DNA of 64,000 nucleotides from Planctomycetota bacterium (GCA_965223265.1 OZ244999.1:1536001-1600000); one strand, 5' to 3'; shown: positions 11,783 through 22,369, counted from the first letter of the stretch. The notes: generated from the sequence alone by a model not told the origin. Translations and numbers: made by a program.

Positions 11783-13537
11783 ATGAAATCGAGCTCAAGC
11801 AAGAAGATGCCCTCCGTCGCGAGTTTCCGCCACGTCTTTCAGTCGATCATTTGGCCCCGTAGAGGTCGCATCGCGATCGGCCTTCTTCTCATCTTCATCA
11901 ACCGTCTCAGTGGGCTTGTGCTTCCCGGGTCGACTCGCGTCCTCGTCGACCAAGTGATTCCTGAAGAGAACTTGCGACTGCTCGGCCAACTGCTCGGTTT
12001 CGTTGGCGGCGCGATCATTTTCCAGGCGGTGTCGTCGTTTCTGCTGACACGATTTGTTGGCATCGAGGCGCAGCATCTCATCTCCGAGCTTCGCGCGCAG
12101 GTGCAGCAGCATGTCATCCGGCTGCCCGTGAGCTACTTTGACAGCACGAAGTCTGGCGCCCTTGTCTCCCGCATCATGACCGATGTCGCTGGCGTGAGGA
12201 ATTTGGTCGGTACGGGACTTGTGCAGCTCATCGGCGGCACGCTGACGTCGGCAGTGGCATTCTGCTTGATGGTACAAATCGATGCCTTCATGACACTGAT
12301 CGCGCTGATCCCGCTCGGCATCTTCGGGGTCGTCTCGATGAAGGCGTTTGCCGTTGTGCGGCCGGTCTTTCGTGAGCGCGGCGTGATCAATGCTGAAGTC
12401 ACCGGTCGACTCACGGAGTCCCTCGGCGGCATCCGCGTCATCAAAGGATTTAACGCCGAGGATCGAGAGGAACGCATCTTCGAGGCTGGAGTCGAGCGCA
12501 TCTACCAGAACGTCCGCAGGTCGATGACGGCGACGAGTCTGGTCACGTGCTCGGGCACTCTGCTTATGGGTGTCGTCAGTGTCATTCTCATGGGTTTTGG
12601 CGGCGAGCGCATCATATCGGCCGAACTGAAGATGGGTGAATTCGTCTCGTTGACCCTCTACCTCGGTTTTCTCGTCACGCCAATCATGCAGATGGCCAAC
12701 ATCGGCACACAGATCACCGAGGCGTTTGCTGGACTCGATCGCATGAACGAGGTGCTGTCGCTCGAGACGGAGGGGCGCGACCCGAACCGCACCATCGAAC
12801 TCAAGGAGATCGGCGAGATTCGTTTTCGCGACGTGTCCTTCGCGTACGAGAACGGAAAGGATGTGCTCAGAAGCATAGACTTCGTCGCGGCTCCGGGCTC
12901 GGTGACTGCGCTCGTCGGCAGTTCGGGTTCGGGGAAGACCACGCTCGCAGGGCTCGCGGCGTCGTTTCTGACCCCGTCGAGCGGCGTGGTTGAGGTCGAT
13001 GGGGTCGATCTGTCGCGTGTGACAGTCGACAGCTACCGCTCTCGTCTCGGCGTCGTACTGCAGGATGACTTCCTTTTCGAAGGGACCATCCGTGAGAACA
13101 TCCTCTTCGGTCGTCCCGATGCCAGTAACGAAGATTTGCTTGAGGCTACGCGCGTCGCGTACGTCGATGAGTTCACCGAGCGTTTCGATGATGGACTTGA
13201 CACCTTGATCGGAGAGCGTGGTGTGAAACTCTCGGGTGGGCAGCGGCAAAGAGTCGCCATCGCGCGAGCTCTGCTTGCTGACCCGACGGTGTTGATCCTG
13301 GACGAAGCGACCTCAAACCTGGATGCCGAGAGCGAGCGGTATATCCAGAAGAGCCTCACAGAGCTGATGCGCGGCCGCACCACGTTCGTCATCGCGCATC
13401 GCCTCAGCACCATCCGCATCGCCGATCAGATCCTGGTGATCGAAGGCGGTGAGATCGTCGAACGAGGGACTCATGACACACTGATCGCCGAGGAGGGGCG
13501 ATACCATGAGCTGTACACGTATCAGGCGCGTATTTGA
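11783..13537 (+). CDS. ABC transporter, fused permease/ATP-binding (MsbA/Sav1866-like exporter)
   Basis: N-terminal TM domain; Walker A GSSGSGKT, LSGGQRQR signature, ILDEATSNLD, IAHRLST. Confidence 0.93.
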   Translation: MKSSSSKKMPSVASFRHVFQSIIWPRRGRIAIGLLLIFINRLSGLVLPGSTRVLVDQVIPEENLRLLGQLLGFVGGAIIFQAVSSFLLTRFVGIEAQHLISELRAQVQQHVIRLPVSYFDSTKSGALVSRIMTDVAGVRNLVGTGLVQLIGGTLTSAVAFCLMVQIDAFMTLIALIPLGIFGVVSMKAFAVVRPVFRERGVINAEVTGRLTESLGGIRVIKGFNAEDREERIFEAGVERIYQNVRRSMTATSLVTCSGTLLMGVVSVILMGFGGERIISAELKMGEFVSLTLYLGFLVTPIMQMANIGTQITEAFAGLDRMNEVLSLETEGRDPNRTIELKEIGEIRFRDVSFAYENGKDVLRSIDFVAAPGSVTALVGSSGSGKTTLAGLAASFLTPSSGVVEVDGVDLSRVTVDSYRSRLGVVLQDDFLFEGTIRENILFGRPDASNEDLLEATRVAYVDEFTERFDDGLDTLIGERGVKLSGGQRQRVAIARALLADPTVLILDEATSNLDAESERYIQKSLTELMRGRTTFVIAHRLSTIRIADQILVIEGGEIVERGTHDTLIAEEGRYHELYTYQARI

Positions 13538-13564
13538 ATTGCGATGCTGCGCTCGACGCGCGTG

Positions 13565-13633
13565 GTGGACCGTGACACGGACGAACGGAGGCGGAGGCGG
13601 AGACGGAAACAGTGGGAGTCGGTCACGGTCCAC
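13565..13633. repeat. 12-bp perfect inverted repeat enclosing short GGAGGC-type hexamers
   Basis: GTGGACCGTGAC 13565-13576 and GTCACGGTCCAC 13622-13633. Confidence 0.65.
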
Positions 13634-13653
13634 GCCCACGCTCACAAGACCGG

Positions 13654-13681
13654 ACGGCACACGGAGTGTGCCTGCTACTTT
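13654..13681 (-). repeat. GTAG-type REP element (copy 1)
   Basis: Reverse complement is AAAGTAGCAGGCACACTCCGTGTGCCGT, identical to 54244-54271; hairpin GGCACAC-TCC-GTGTGCC. Confidence 0.85.
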
Positions 13682-13686
13682 GGGAG

Positions 13687-13752
13687 ACGCCCACGCAAAC
13701 GCCCACGCAAACGCCCACGCCCACGCAAACGCAAACGCAAACGCAAACGCAA
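13687..13752. repeat. Hexamer tandem repeat (ACGCCC/ACGCAA) x11
   Basis: 11 consecutive units: 4 ACGCCC and 7 ACGCAA. Confidence 0.9.
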
Positions 13753-13815
13753 CGCATCACGCCGTCGCGCCCGACTCCTCGTGCCGACGCCTACGCACCG
13801 CCGATCGGAGCTTCC

Positions 13816-14655
13816 ATGGCCATGAGCATCATCGACTGCCACGCCCACATTTATTCCCCGGACGAGAAACGCTACCAGCCGAAGGATGATCCGCTCCGCG
13901 TGCCTGGGGGCAAGGCGTCGATTGATGACTTGCGCAAGACGAGTCTAGAGCACGGCGTCGTCGCCGTCCGTGCTGTGCAGACGGTTTCGTTCTACGGCTA
14001 TGACAACCGTTACCTCTGCGACGCGGCGAAGGCGAACCCGAAGTGGGTTGCAGGGGTGTGCACGCTCAATCCGGACGACCCGCACAGTCCTGGCCTCATG
14101 GGGGAGTTCGTGCGTGAGTACGGCGTGCGCACACTTCGCAGCATCCCCGGGCCCAAGAGTAAGAGCTTTGACGACGACGGTGTGCGCGCACTCTGGAAGA
14201 CGTGTGCGGACCTCGGCGCCACCGTCGACATCTTCCTTATGCGACTTGAATGGGTCGAGGGCGCGGAGAAACTGCTGCAGGAGTTTCCCAAGATGACCGT
14301 GGGTTTTGATCACTGCATGGACCTCAAGCCGGGTCCTCTCTATGAGAAGACGCTCCAGGAGGTGCTGAGGCTTTCAAAATATGAGAACCTCTATCCGAAG
14401 GTCGATTTCATCAGCACGGGAACTCAGAAAGGGTACCCCGGCGAAGATCTTCACGAGGCTGCTCTGAAGATCATCGATACCTATGGATCTGAGCGTTGCG
14501 TGTGGGGGAGCAACTTCCCGAACGCCTTGTGGACTCCGAAGATGACCTACGCGGAGCACCTCAAAATCTTTACGCACGAACTGCCTTTGAACGAAGAGGA
14601 TCGTGAACAGGTTCTTGGAGGCACGGCGCGCCGGTTGTGGTTCCCGCATCTGTGA
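13816..14655 (+). CDS. Amidohydrolase family protein (Amidohydro_2, lactonase-like)
   Basis: ATG 13816 after GGAG; IIDCHAHIY metal motif, FDHC, ERCVWGSNFP, LGGTARRLW. Confidence 0.88.
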   Translation: MAMSIIDCHAHIYSPDEKRYQPKDDPLRVPGGKASIDDLRKTSLEHGVVAVRAVQTVSFYGYDNRYLCDAAKANPKWVAGVCTLNPDDPHSPGLMGEFVREYGVRTLRSIPGPKSKSFDDDGVRALWKTCADLGATVDIFLMRLEWVEGAEKLLQEFPKMTVGFDHCMDLKPGPLYEKTLQEVLRLSKYENLYPKVDFISTGTQKGYPGEDLHEAALKIIDTYGSERCVWGSNFPNALWTPKMTYAEHLKIFTHELPLNEEDREQVLGGTARRLWFPHL

Positions 14656-14844
14656 CAGGAGCTGTGCGGGCATGACGGAGGTTCTTTTCGCGATTCTTCC
14701 GCGCGTGGCGGCATCGTAGTGTTGGGTTCTCAGTTGCAAGTCGGGTGCTGGAGAATCTGCGAATGGTAGCTATGATCGGGGAGATGACAACACGTGATTT
14801 CCACGTGCGATGCAACGAGACGTTCGTAAAGACAAGACGCTCCA

Positions 14845-16029
14845 TTGAGAATCCTCTTCCTAGGAACGCTGACGCCGCATCCCAGTGGGAGCGCCGTCAT
14901 GAACGGTCAGATCTTAACGGGGCTGGCGTCGCGAGGGCATCAGATCCAGGCCCTGGCTCCGTTTGAAGCAGAGGCGTACGAGCGCATGGGAGGACGCGCT
15001 GGCATGCTCGATGGCGTCGACGTGACGCCGCTTTTCGTCCCCTTTGCCCCGACGAGCATTCGATTGATTTCGGCGGAGTACCGCGAGTTTGAACGGCGCG
15101 AGGTCGAGTCGAAGCTGCCGGGCTTGATTGCGCGTGGCCGACCGCAGGTGGCGTTTTTTGGTCGAGAATCGTACGCCGAGTACCTACCGATGGTTTATTC
15201 TTATGGGTTGCCTTCGGCGCTGGTCACGCACTTCGGCGCTTCGCCAACGGATGCGCTGGAGTCTAAGTCCTCAGCATACTCGCAGGAACTCGGTGCACAC
15301 CTCCGGGAGGCAAGCGCTGTCGTTGCCGTCGCCGCGCATCAGGCCGAAGCGTGGCACCGGGTCGGGCTCCGCAACGTCCGTCTGATTCGTAACTCCATCG
15401 ATACTGAACTCTTCTCACCCACACCGAAGGATCGTTCGCTGCTTCGAGAGCTCCGCATCGATGATGACGCTGCTGTGGTTCTTCACGCCTCGAACTTCAA
15501 AGCCGAAAAGCGCCCCGGGGATCTCATCAGGTCAGCGGGCGTGGCGCTGCAGAGCCATCCGAGGCTGGTGTACATTGTCGTCGGCGAAGGCAATCTTCGC
15601 CGCGAGACTGAGACGATGTGCGAGCAGCTGGGGCTCGCGGATCGGTTTCGATTCGTGGGTTGGGTGAACCGCGAGACGTTCCCATCGTATCTCAGTCTTG
15701 CCGACGCGGTTGTGATGCCTTCGGAGATCGAGGCCCTGTCGTTGGCACTTCTCGAGGCACAGGCCTGCGGTAAGGTGGTTGTCGCGAGCGACATCCCCGG
15801 CTCGCGCGAAGCCATCGTCCACGGCGAAACGGGGCTTCTGTTTCGACTGGGCGACGTCGACGACATGGCGAAGAAGACGTTGCTCGCGGCGAGCGACCCG
15901 GAGCTGCGAGCGCGCATCGGCCGGCGAGCGAGAGAGAGTGTGTGCGCCCGCCCGCTAGCTCGCGTCGTCGATGAATACATCGAACTTTTTGAAGAGTTGG
16001 CGGGCAGAGCCGACGCGAATCTAGCGTGA
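14845..16029 (+). CDS. Glycosyltransferase family 4
   Basis: TTG start MRILFL; NSIDT..F, K..EK, ADAVVMPSEIEALSLALLEAQACGKVVVASD (EX7E motif). Confidence 0.9.
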   Translation: MRILFLGTLTPHPSGSAVMNGQILTGLASRGHQIQALAPFEAEAYERMGGRAGMLDGVDVTPLFVPFAPTSIRLISAEYREFERREVESKLPGLIARGRPQVAFFGRESYAEYLPMVYSYGLPSALVTHFGASPTDALESKSSAYSQELGAHLREASAVVAVAAHQAEAWHRVGLRNVRLIRNSIDTELFSPTPKDRSLLRELRIDDDAAVVLHASNFKAEKRPGDLIRSAGVALQSHPRLVYIVVGEGNLRRETETMCEQLGLADRFRFVGWVNRETFPSYLSLADAVVMPSEIEALSLALLEAQACGKVVVASDIPGSREAIVHGETGLLFRLGDVDDMAKKTLLAASDPELRARIGRRARESVCARPLARVVDEYIELFEELAGRADANLA

Positions 16030-16178
16030 TCCCAGCCACAAGACGATAAATGTGAGAGCTCGGCATGCGCGTCTCTCCCGGTCATCGGTCCTGGGTCCTG
16101 GGCGATGCCAGTCACTCTTAGAGTTCAAGATCTTTCGGTTGACAGGTCATGGCGGCGTGGGACCAGAACTCGGCTAGA

Positions 16179-17021
16179 TCAGTCGCTCTCCCACTTGGCG
16201 CGAAACTTACCGGAGATCGTCACCGTCTCGACAGCGGCCTCGTCTTCTGATGAGTAAATCATGTTCTCACCGGTGAACGTGCCTTCGACGTAACCGTCTG
16301 CGCCCACAGGGGAAAACTCGATCCGTAGCTGCGGTAGCTCGGCCTCCGAAAGCACGCTGATCGTCGGTGTGAGGCCGAAGACGAGGAGCGGGCCTTGCGC
16401 GTCCGTCGTGAGGTCGACAGTTCTCCCGAGAAGCTCCTCGGGTCGTTCGAGGTGCATGCGCCACTGGATGCTTGCCAGTGGCGTCTCGTCGTATTCCGTT
16501 TTGAAGATGTCGGATCCGAATTCGATCAAATGGTCGCCTTCCGCATTGATCGAGAAGCAGCCCAGTCGGATGTGTTCGAGCTCGTACTCCTCTGCCCCGA
16601 CGGAGAGACTCAAGTACGAATCGTCGCCGGCGAGCGAAACTCCCATCGGTCCAAGAAGTGAAAAGAGAAGGACCGCGAAGTAAGTCAGCTCGCACCCGAG
16701 AGGTACCTTCACCAGGTGTGGATTATTCTTGCCGGCGCGGTACACCGCATCTGGACGCAGAATTCCAAGGGTACCCACGACTCCCTCGTACGCGATGATG
16801 GCGCAGAGGATCCAGGCCATGAGGGAGAAGTTGGGCCAGAACACGTTCCACATCAGAATGGAAAGGAGAGCGAGCGTCACAACTACCAGGCCCGCACGCT
16901 TTCCCGTGTTCGCGCCTTGTTGTTCCTCTAAGATGTCGTCGCTGCTCCTAAGAAAACATGCCCGGAAGAGGGTTGAGACGAAGAGTAGGACGATGGGGAG
17001 AACGATGAACTTATCGGGCAT
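16179..17021 (-). CDS. Hypothetical membrane protein (about 4 TM segments plus an acidic C-terminal beta domain)
   Basis: ATG 17021 with AAGGAG RBS; several hydrophobic segments, then a soluble domain. Confidence 0.65.
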   Translation of the reverse strand: MPDKFIVLPIVLLFVSTLFRACFLRSSDDILEEQQGANTGKRAGLVVVTLALLSILMWNVFWPNFSLMAWILCAIIAYEGVVGTLGILRPDAVYRAGKNNPHLVKVPLGCELTYFAVLLFSLLGPMGVSLAGDDSYLSLSVGAEEYELEHIRLGCFSINAEGDHLIEFGSDIFKTEYDETPLASIQWRMHLERPEELLGRTVDLTTDAQGPLLVFGLTPTISVLSEAELPQLRIEFSPVGADGYVEGTFTGENMIYSSEDEAAVETVTISGKFRAKWESD

Positions 17022-17278
17022 GGGTGGCTCCTTTGCCGTCGCGGGTAACGCAACCCGCTCGCCGCGGTCGATCTGGACGCAAAGAGTCCCTTCTTTGTTC
17101 GCAGTGCTTTTCCAGTGATAGCTAGAAAACGGCAATGCAGAGGAATCTCTTGATCCATTTCTTGCGGCGGGCAGCCACTCGAGACCTTTTCGGCTCATTG
17201 GCGAGGGCGAGGAGACCTCTTGAGAGTATCTTGAGCCGCCTGCCGGCTATGCCAACTGCTCCGAATGTGTATACTCGA

Positions 17279-20200
17279 TTAGCCCTCTGACTTGAGCCAG
17301 GCGATCAGGTCGGCCATCGCTTGAGGGTCGAGGAGCTTTTCGACACCGTCGGGCATGAGGGAAACGCTCGAGCTCTCGAGGCGTGCGATTTCTTGGCGGA
17401 GCAAAACTTCGTCGGAGCGCTCTGGCACCTTCAAGCGGATGGTCGTGGGTGTTTCCTCGGCGATGACGCCGGTGAGGACTCTTCCGATACGCGTGATGGC
17501 GGTGTACTGAGTAAACTCTGGATCGACCTCCCGATTGGGATCGAGGATGCTCTGAAGTAAGAACGAAATCGGCTTTTCGCCGATGCTTTCGAGGTCGGGA
17601 CCGATCTGTCGTCCTTCGCCACGCAATCGGTGGCAAACTGCGCAGTGCTTGCGAAATAGAGCGGCGCCTCTGCCCGGGTTGCCGTTGAGCGTCTCGGCGA
17701 CGGCGTACTCTCTGATGACCGCATCGCGGTCAGCGTGTGCGGCGGTGAAGAGCTTTTGGGCTTTCTCACGAACCGTTGGCATGCGGTGTTGAAGCAGGAG
17801 CTGCTGCTGCGCGAGACCGATTTCTCCGGTTGAAATCGCATCGGTGGAGAGCGCATCGAGGAGCGTCTGCAGCCACTCCTCGCGCGTCGCAAGAACCGCG
17901 AGGACGGCCGTGCGTAGGTTCGGCGCATGCGTCTTCCAGCTGGCGAGAAGAATCTCCGAAACCTCCCGCTGTCCCGTACGCGCGAGCGACTCGACAGCGG
18001 CCAACTGCAGTGACGGTGGTGCCTGTGGGTGCAGTTGCTGGCCGAGCAACTCGAGATCTGCGCCAATTTCTGAGAGTCCTCGACCGAGAGGTCCAGCGGC
18101 GACCACGCGTTCCTCGACGCTCGTGTTTTTGCTCACAAGCGTGCGGCGCGCCGTAGCGTACAGGTTTTCAAGTCGTCGAATTGAACGCTGCAAATCCGGT
18201 CCGGACTGCTCGAAAAGCTGAGCGAGAGATGTGTCCTGGCGCCCCAGAGAATTCAGGAGAGCCGTCACCGCACGGAATTGCCACGCTGAGTATCGAGCCT
18301 GATGTCCGGTTGCGTCTATCGGTTGCGAAATCTCGTCGAGAGCAAGTGTCAGCGCCATCTCATCGCGTAGCGCGGCTGCGAGTCCGATCCAACGTTCGAG
18401 GATGCGGGCGGACGGAGCCTCGTTCCTGTCGGTGAGTAGAGCTGCCATCATGCTCGTGGCGTGAGGAACCGCCGAACTCATCACGGCCGTCTGCACGTCT
18501 TCGTCCTCGGGGTCGCGGAGAGCCAATCGAACGAGTGCCGGCCCGGCACGACCGTCGCGCCACTCACCGAGGGTGAAGGCGAGCTGGTAGCGCACGGAAA
18601 GATCGGGGTCGCCGACCGTGTCGAGAACAGCGCTCGCAAGCTCACGCCAGGGCGGTGAGTCTCTGGACGCGGGATCCTCCCAAAGTGATGCTTGGCGAAG
18701 AAAGGATTCGCTCAGCTTGAGCGCGTGCGACCGCAGAGAGGCATGTTCATCTCGCAGCGCTACGGAGAGAACCTCTGGCGACAACGTGTCGAGGCTATAC
18801 AGTACGTAGAGAGCCTGAAGGCGTGCCTCGGGGCGCATGCTCCGTCTCACGATCTCCTTGAGCGGCTCGATCGCCGCACGGTCGTTCTTCGTCACTAGCA
18901 ATCTCTGAGCCGTGTCGCGTTGCCAGCCATTGGGGTGTTCGAGAGCTGCCACGAGACCTGCGGTATCCAACTGATCAAGACGAGGCACCTGCCGCAGGTT
19001 CGCACACCGTGGGAAGACACGATAAATACGCCCGCGGTCATCGCCTGCACGGAAGTCAAGAAGCTCGCGGAGATCTGCCGGATAGTATTCTTCGTGCTCG
19101 ATGATCAACCGATACATGTCAACGACGTAAAGCGCGCCATCGGGACCGGTTTTTGTCTGCGTTGGACGGAACCAGTTGTCGGTCGAAGCGAGGAACTCGC
19201 GCTGCTCTTCGCCGCGTGCGCGCTCAGCTCGAAAGCTCACGCCGTCGGGCACCAGGTGCATGCGGCGGACGATGCTCTTGTCGACTTCGCCAATGAAGAT
19301 GTCGCTCTCAAACTCATCACCGAACAGCTCGTCGCGATAGGGGTTGAGACTGCAAGGAGCCGTCACTTGGCCCAGGGGTTGCCCCATCTGTGGCCGCGCC
19401 AGAAGCCGAGTGCGCCGGTGGATGCGCCTGAGAGGGAGCGGGTCGGCGAGGTCGCGGCGCGTGCGCGTCGCCGGTAGGTGCGGATTCCGCCTCAAATAGT
19501 GATCCGGCAGGAAAAAGTGCCAGCCCCAGTTGGCGTAGGTGTTACCGAACCAGTTGCCCCAGTCGTCGCGGTGGCGACCGAACTCGGTGACGCCGGGTTC
19601 GGTGACGAGCTCCCCGGTCTCCGGTCGGATACGGAAGTCGCGCCGATGGATGTCAACGATTTCGCCGGTGAGAAGCGACGTGACCTTGCCACCGCTTCCT
19701 CCACTGGCGCAGTAGAGCCAGCCGTCGAGTCCATACTCGAATCCGTTGACGCGGTGCTGCTGGTTGCCCAGGGCGAATCCGGTGAAGAGGACGCGCTGCG
19801 TGTCTGCTCTCCCATCGCCGTCGTTGTCTTCGGCGTAGAGGATGTCGGGAGCGGCGCTGATGAGTGCGCCACGGCGCCAGGGCATCACGCCGGAGGGAAA
19901 GTTGAGCTTGTCAGCGAAGACGCTCGAGCGGTCATACTTGCCGTCGCCGTCGTCGTCGGTGAGAACGCGGACGGCGCCGCCCGGCTCCCCCTTGCCATCC
20001 ATACCTAGGGGATAGTCACGCATCTCGACCACCCAGAGTTTGCCGTCGGCGGCCCATTCTATAGCGATCGGGTCCTGAACCAGGGGCTCGGCGGCCACCA
20101 GTTCGACCTGAAACTCCGGCGCCACTTCGATCGTTTGAAGCGACTCCTGCGGCGACAGTGGGGGAGGCAGAAGACCGCTCACGAGTTCGTCGAAGGAGCG

Positions 20201-22147
20201 ACTTTCGGTGTGGTGGTCTAGGTGCCCAGTATCCTCGTTTTGGATCCACATCCTGCCCTTTGCAAACCAGACTCCGTTGTTGCGGTAGTTACCATCGCGC
20301 ACGATCATCGGTACCTCACCGACTTCACCGCGGCGTCCCTCGGACACCGGTCGCGTCCAACCGACGTGATCGAAGGCGCGCAGCACGCCCGGTGCCGGGA
20401 TGTACAGGTTGATCGAGTACCGCTCGGCATTCGAAAAGATCACGTCGTCGAAGCCGTCGGCGTTGAGGTCCACGAAGCGGAGCCCCGCGTCACGCCCCCG
20501 AGCGTCGACGATGGCCGTGCCGCGCGGCAGCGAAAAACTCTTCTTCTGCCAGACTCTATTCTCAGCAGACCAGGCGAACACCGCGTTCTGCGACTCGTTG
20601 CCGACGACGAGCTCGCAGCGTCCATCGTTGTCGACGTCCCGCAAGCGCACGCCACGATCCCGGCCGCGACTGCCAGTCAAGATGGGCTCGCCTTCTTCCA
20701 GGTGGAGTCCCCAGAGAAGCTCAGGCGCCTCGACCCAGCGTCTGCCTTCGAATCGCCAAGCGCCCTTGGTGCGTTCGCTGCGAACGAGCATCATGGCCGC
20801 GCCGTCAGAGTCGACGACACCGAAGCGGACGCCGCTGTCTGCTCGATGGCCTGCGTCGTCCGCTGCACCCGCGGACGACGAGACAATCGCGGTCGGAAAG
20901 TCCGATGTCGTCCACGCCCTGGACTCGGCGTTCCAGACTCGCGTCTGTCGCATCTCTTCATTGCCGATGATGACGTCGAGGAATCCATCGTCGTCCAGAT
21001 CTAAGACACGTACGCCGTTGTCCCTAGCGTCTGCCGCGCGGAGTGGCTGACCAGCAAGCAGGTGTTTCTCGAGTCGATCCCTAGCTTCGCCGAGGGTCAA
21101 GAACTTCACTTTGCGGCCGTGTTGTTTCGTGGCGTGATCGATGAGAGCGATGATCTCTTCGGGCTCACACTTGCCGTGCGGATGAAAGACCAGTGTCATC
21201 ACGCCCTGCTTGAGGACGGTGGCATCCAGCGCCGCCTTCCAGTCGCGCACGGTGTGGCGTCCGTGCGCGGGGATGTAGAAGTCCGCCTGGTGATCTCCGG
21301 GGATGGTGCACGGAAACTCCCACGCCAGTCGAGCGACGACGTAGGGATAGGGGTAGTTCGAGATGTGGTTGACGTAAACGTAGTTTTTGCGTCCGACGAT
21401 CGGGACTTCTCCGGTGGTGTATTTGGCGAAGCGCTCCTTGCCGTCTTCGTCAACGACGAGGCTATGCGGTAGGTCCGGGTCTTCCGACGTGAAGAGATGG
21501 TGGACCGTCGAACTGATCTCAAGAAAATGACCAGCAGCGGTGACGCGATTGAAAATCTCGGTGTAGAACCGTGGGCTGTGGGTGTTCCAAACGTCGGAGC
21601 AGGGGCCGCGGTATGCTACTGGCCGAGCGTCGGGGATCTGCCACAGCCGGTCGGTGCAGTCGTCGACGTTATGACGCGCACGTTCGAGGTCGCCGCTGTG
21701 AAGCAGCGGGCAGGGATGCTCGATCGTGTGTGTCTCCAGACTCAAGCCTTCGTCAAGCCACGTCTGAAGCTGTGGATCATCTGGCGGCACCGACAGAGTG
21801 AAAACACTCACCGGCGCGCGGCCATCGATCTTCTTGAGGCGTTCGAGAATTGGGCGCAGGAAGGCCTCGAACTTCGCGGTCTCACTCAGGTCGTCGATCG
21901 AGAGGACGACCACAGCCTCGACCCCTTCTTCGCCGACCCACTGCGGCGTCACCAGGCGTGGGAAACGATGCGAGGGGTAGTACGGGTCACAGAAGGCGTC
22001 GAGGTACGCTAACCGGTTGCCGTCGGTGGCGTTCACCACCGACGCGTTGGTCGCGAGCGTTAACAGCAGTGCGGTGAAAAGGAGGCGCGGGACTCGATCG
22101 CTGCTGTTCGGAGCTTCTCGCCGTGGAGTCTTGGCAAGAACAAGCAT
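17279..22147 (-). CDS. PVC-type heme-binding CxxCH multidomain protein: polysaccharide deacetylase-like, FG-GAP-like repeats, membrane-bound dehydrogenase propeller, HEAT-like repeats, cytochrome c
   Basis: Signal peptide; VVLSIDD..ETHTIEH (NodB-like); DLDDDGFLD repeats; LSPQESL..ELVAAEPLVQDP..VVEMRDYP; WFRP..GPDGALYVVDMYR; C-terminal CAVCH..GPDL..SLMPDG. Confidence 0.88.
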   Translation of the reverse strand: MLVLAKTPRREAPNSSDRVPRLLFTALLLTLATNASVVNATDGNRLAYLDAFCDPYYPSHRFPRLVTPQWVGEEGVEAVVVLSIDDLSETAKFEAFLRPILERLKKIDGRAPVSVFTLSVPPDDPQLQTWLDEGLSLETHTIEHPCPLLHSGDLERARHNVDDCTDRLWQIPDARPVAYRGPCSDVWNTHSPRFYTEIFNRVTAAGHFLEISSTVHHLFTSEDPDLPHSLVVDEDGKERFAKYTTGEVPIVGRKNYVYVNHISNYPYPYVVARLAWEFPCTIPGDHQADFYIPAHGRHTVRDWKAALDATVLKQGVMTLVFHPHGKCEPEEIIALIDHATKQHGRKVKFLTLGEARDRLEKHLLAGQPLRAADARDNGVRVLDLDDDGFLDVIIGNEEMRQTRVWNAESRAWTTSDFPTAIVSSSAGAADDAGHRADSGVRFGVVDSDGAAMMLVRSERTKGAWRFEGRRWVEAPELLWGLHLEEGEPILTGSRGRDRGVRLRDVDNDGRCELVVGNESQNAVFAWSAENRVWQKKSFSLPRGTAIVDARGRDAGLRFVDLNADGFDDVIFSNAERYSINLYIPAPGVLRAFDHVGWTRPVSEGRRGEVGEVPMIVRDGNYRNNGVWFAKGRMWIQNEDTGHLDHHTESRSFDELVSGLLPPPLSPQESLQTIEVAPEFQVELVAAEPLVQDPIAIEWAADGKLWVVEMRDYPLGMDGKGEPGGAVRVLTDDDGDGKYDRSSVFADKLNFPSGVMPWRRGALISAAPDILYAEDNDGDGRADTQRVLFTGFALGNQQHRVNGFEYGLDGWLYCASGGSGGKVTSLLTGEIVDIHRRDFRIRPETGELVTEPGVTEFGRHRDDWGNWFGNTYANWGWHFFLPDHYLRRNPHLPATRTRRDLADPLPLRRIHRRTRLLARPQMGQPLGQVTAPCSLNPYRDELFGDEFESDIFIGEVDKSIVRRMHLVPDGVSFRAERARGEEQREFLASTDNWFRPTQTKTGPDGALYVVDMYRLIIEHEEYYPADLRELLDFRAGDDRGRIYRVFPRCANLRQVPRLDQLDTAGLVAALEHPNGWQRDTAQRLLVTKNDRAAIEPLKEIVRRSMRPEARLQALYVLYSLDTLSPEVLSVALRDEHASLRSHALKLSESFLRQASLWEDPASRDSPPWRELASAVLDTVGDPDLSVRYQLAFTLGEWRDGRAGPALVRLALRDPEDEDVQTAVMSSAVPHATSMMAALLTDRNEAPSARILERWIGLAAALRDEMALTLALDEISQPIDATGHQARYSAWQFRAVTALLNSLGRQDTSLAQLFEQSGPDLQRSIRRLENLYATARRTLVSKNTSVEERVVAAGPLGRGLSEIGADLELLGQQLHPQAPPSLQLAAVESLARTGQREVSEILLASWKTHAPNLRTAVLAVLATREEWLQTLLDALSTDAISTGEIGLAQQQLLLQHRMPTVREKAQKLFTAAHADRDAVIREYAVAETLNGNPGRGAALFRKHCAVCHRLRGEGRQIGPDLESIGEKPISFLLQSILDPNREVDPEFTQYTAITRIGRVLTGVIAEETPTTIRLKVPERSDEVLLRQEIARLESSSVSLMPDGVEKLLDPQAMADLIAWLKSEG

Positions 22148-22369
22148 GTGGAATCTCCTGGCGATCGATTGGAGGCGTTTTTTCCGCGGCGGAGGATCGG
22201 CGGGAGCATCCTATTCGCTGACGCGCAGGAGTTGAAGATTAGGAGGCAAGTTGCAGAAGGTCTGGCGGCCGTCGATGACCTATCAGTCTCCCAGATGGGC
22301 TCCGCTGCGAAGGAATTTCCAGAATTTCAGACGATTCTGTCCAGATCGGCGGTCATACAAGAGAGTGCC

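Noticed and set aside
11795-13249. 484-aa antisense ORF, and similar long shadows such as 47960..49324, 41847..42824 and 44247..45185
   Set aside because: They lie opposite well-supported genes; long antisense frames are expected in GC-rich DNA and these show no motifs.
13687-13752. Possible CRISPR array, or a Thr/Pro/Gln linker of the amidohydrolase
   Set aside because: No spacers or cas genes. The amidohydrolase has a good RBS and a family-typical start at 13816, so the repeat is probably non-coding.
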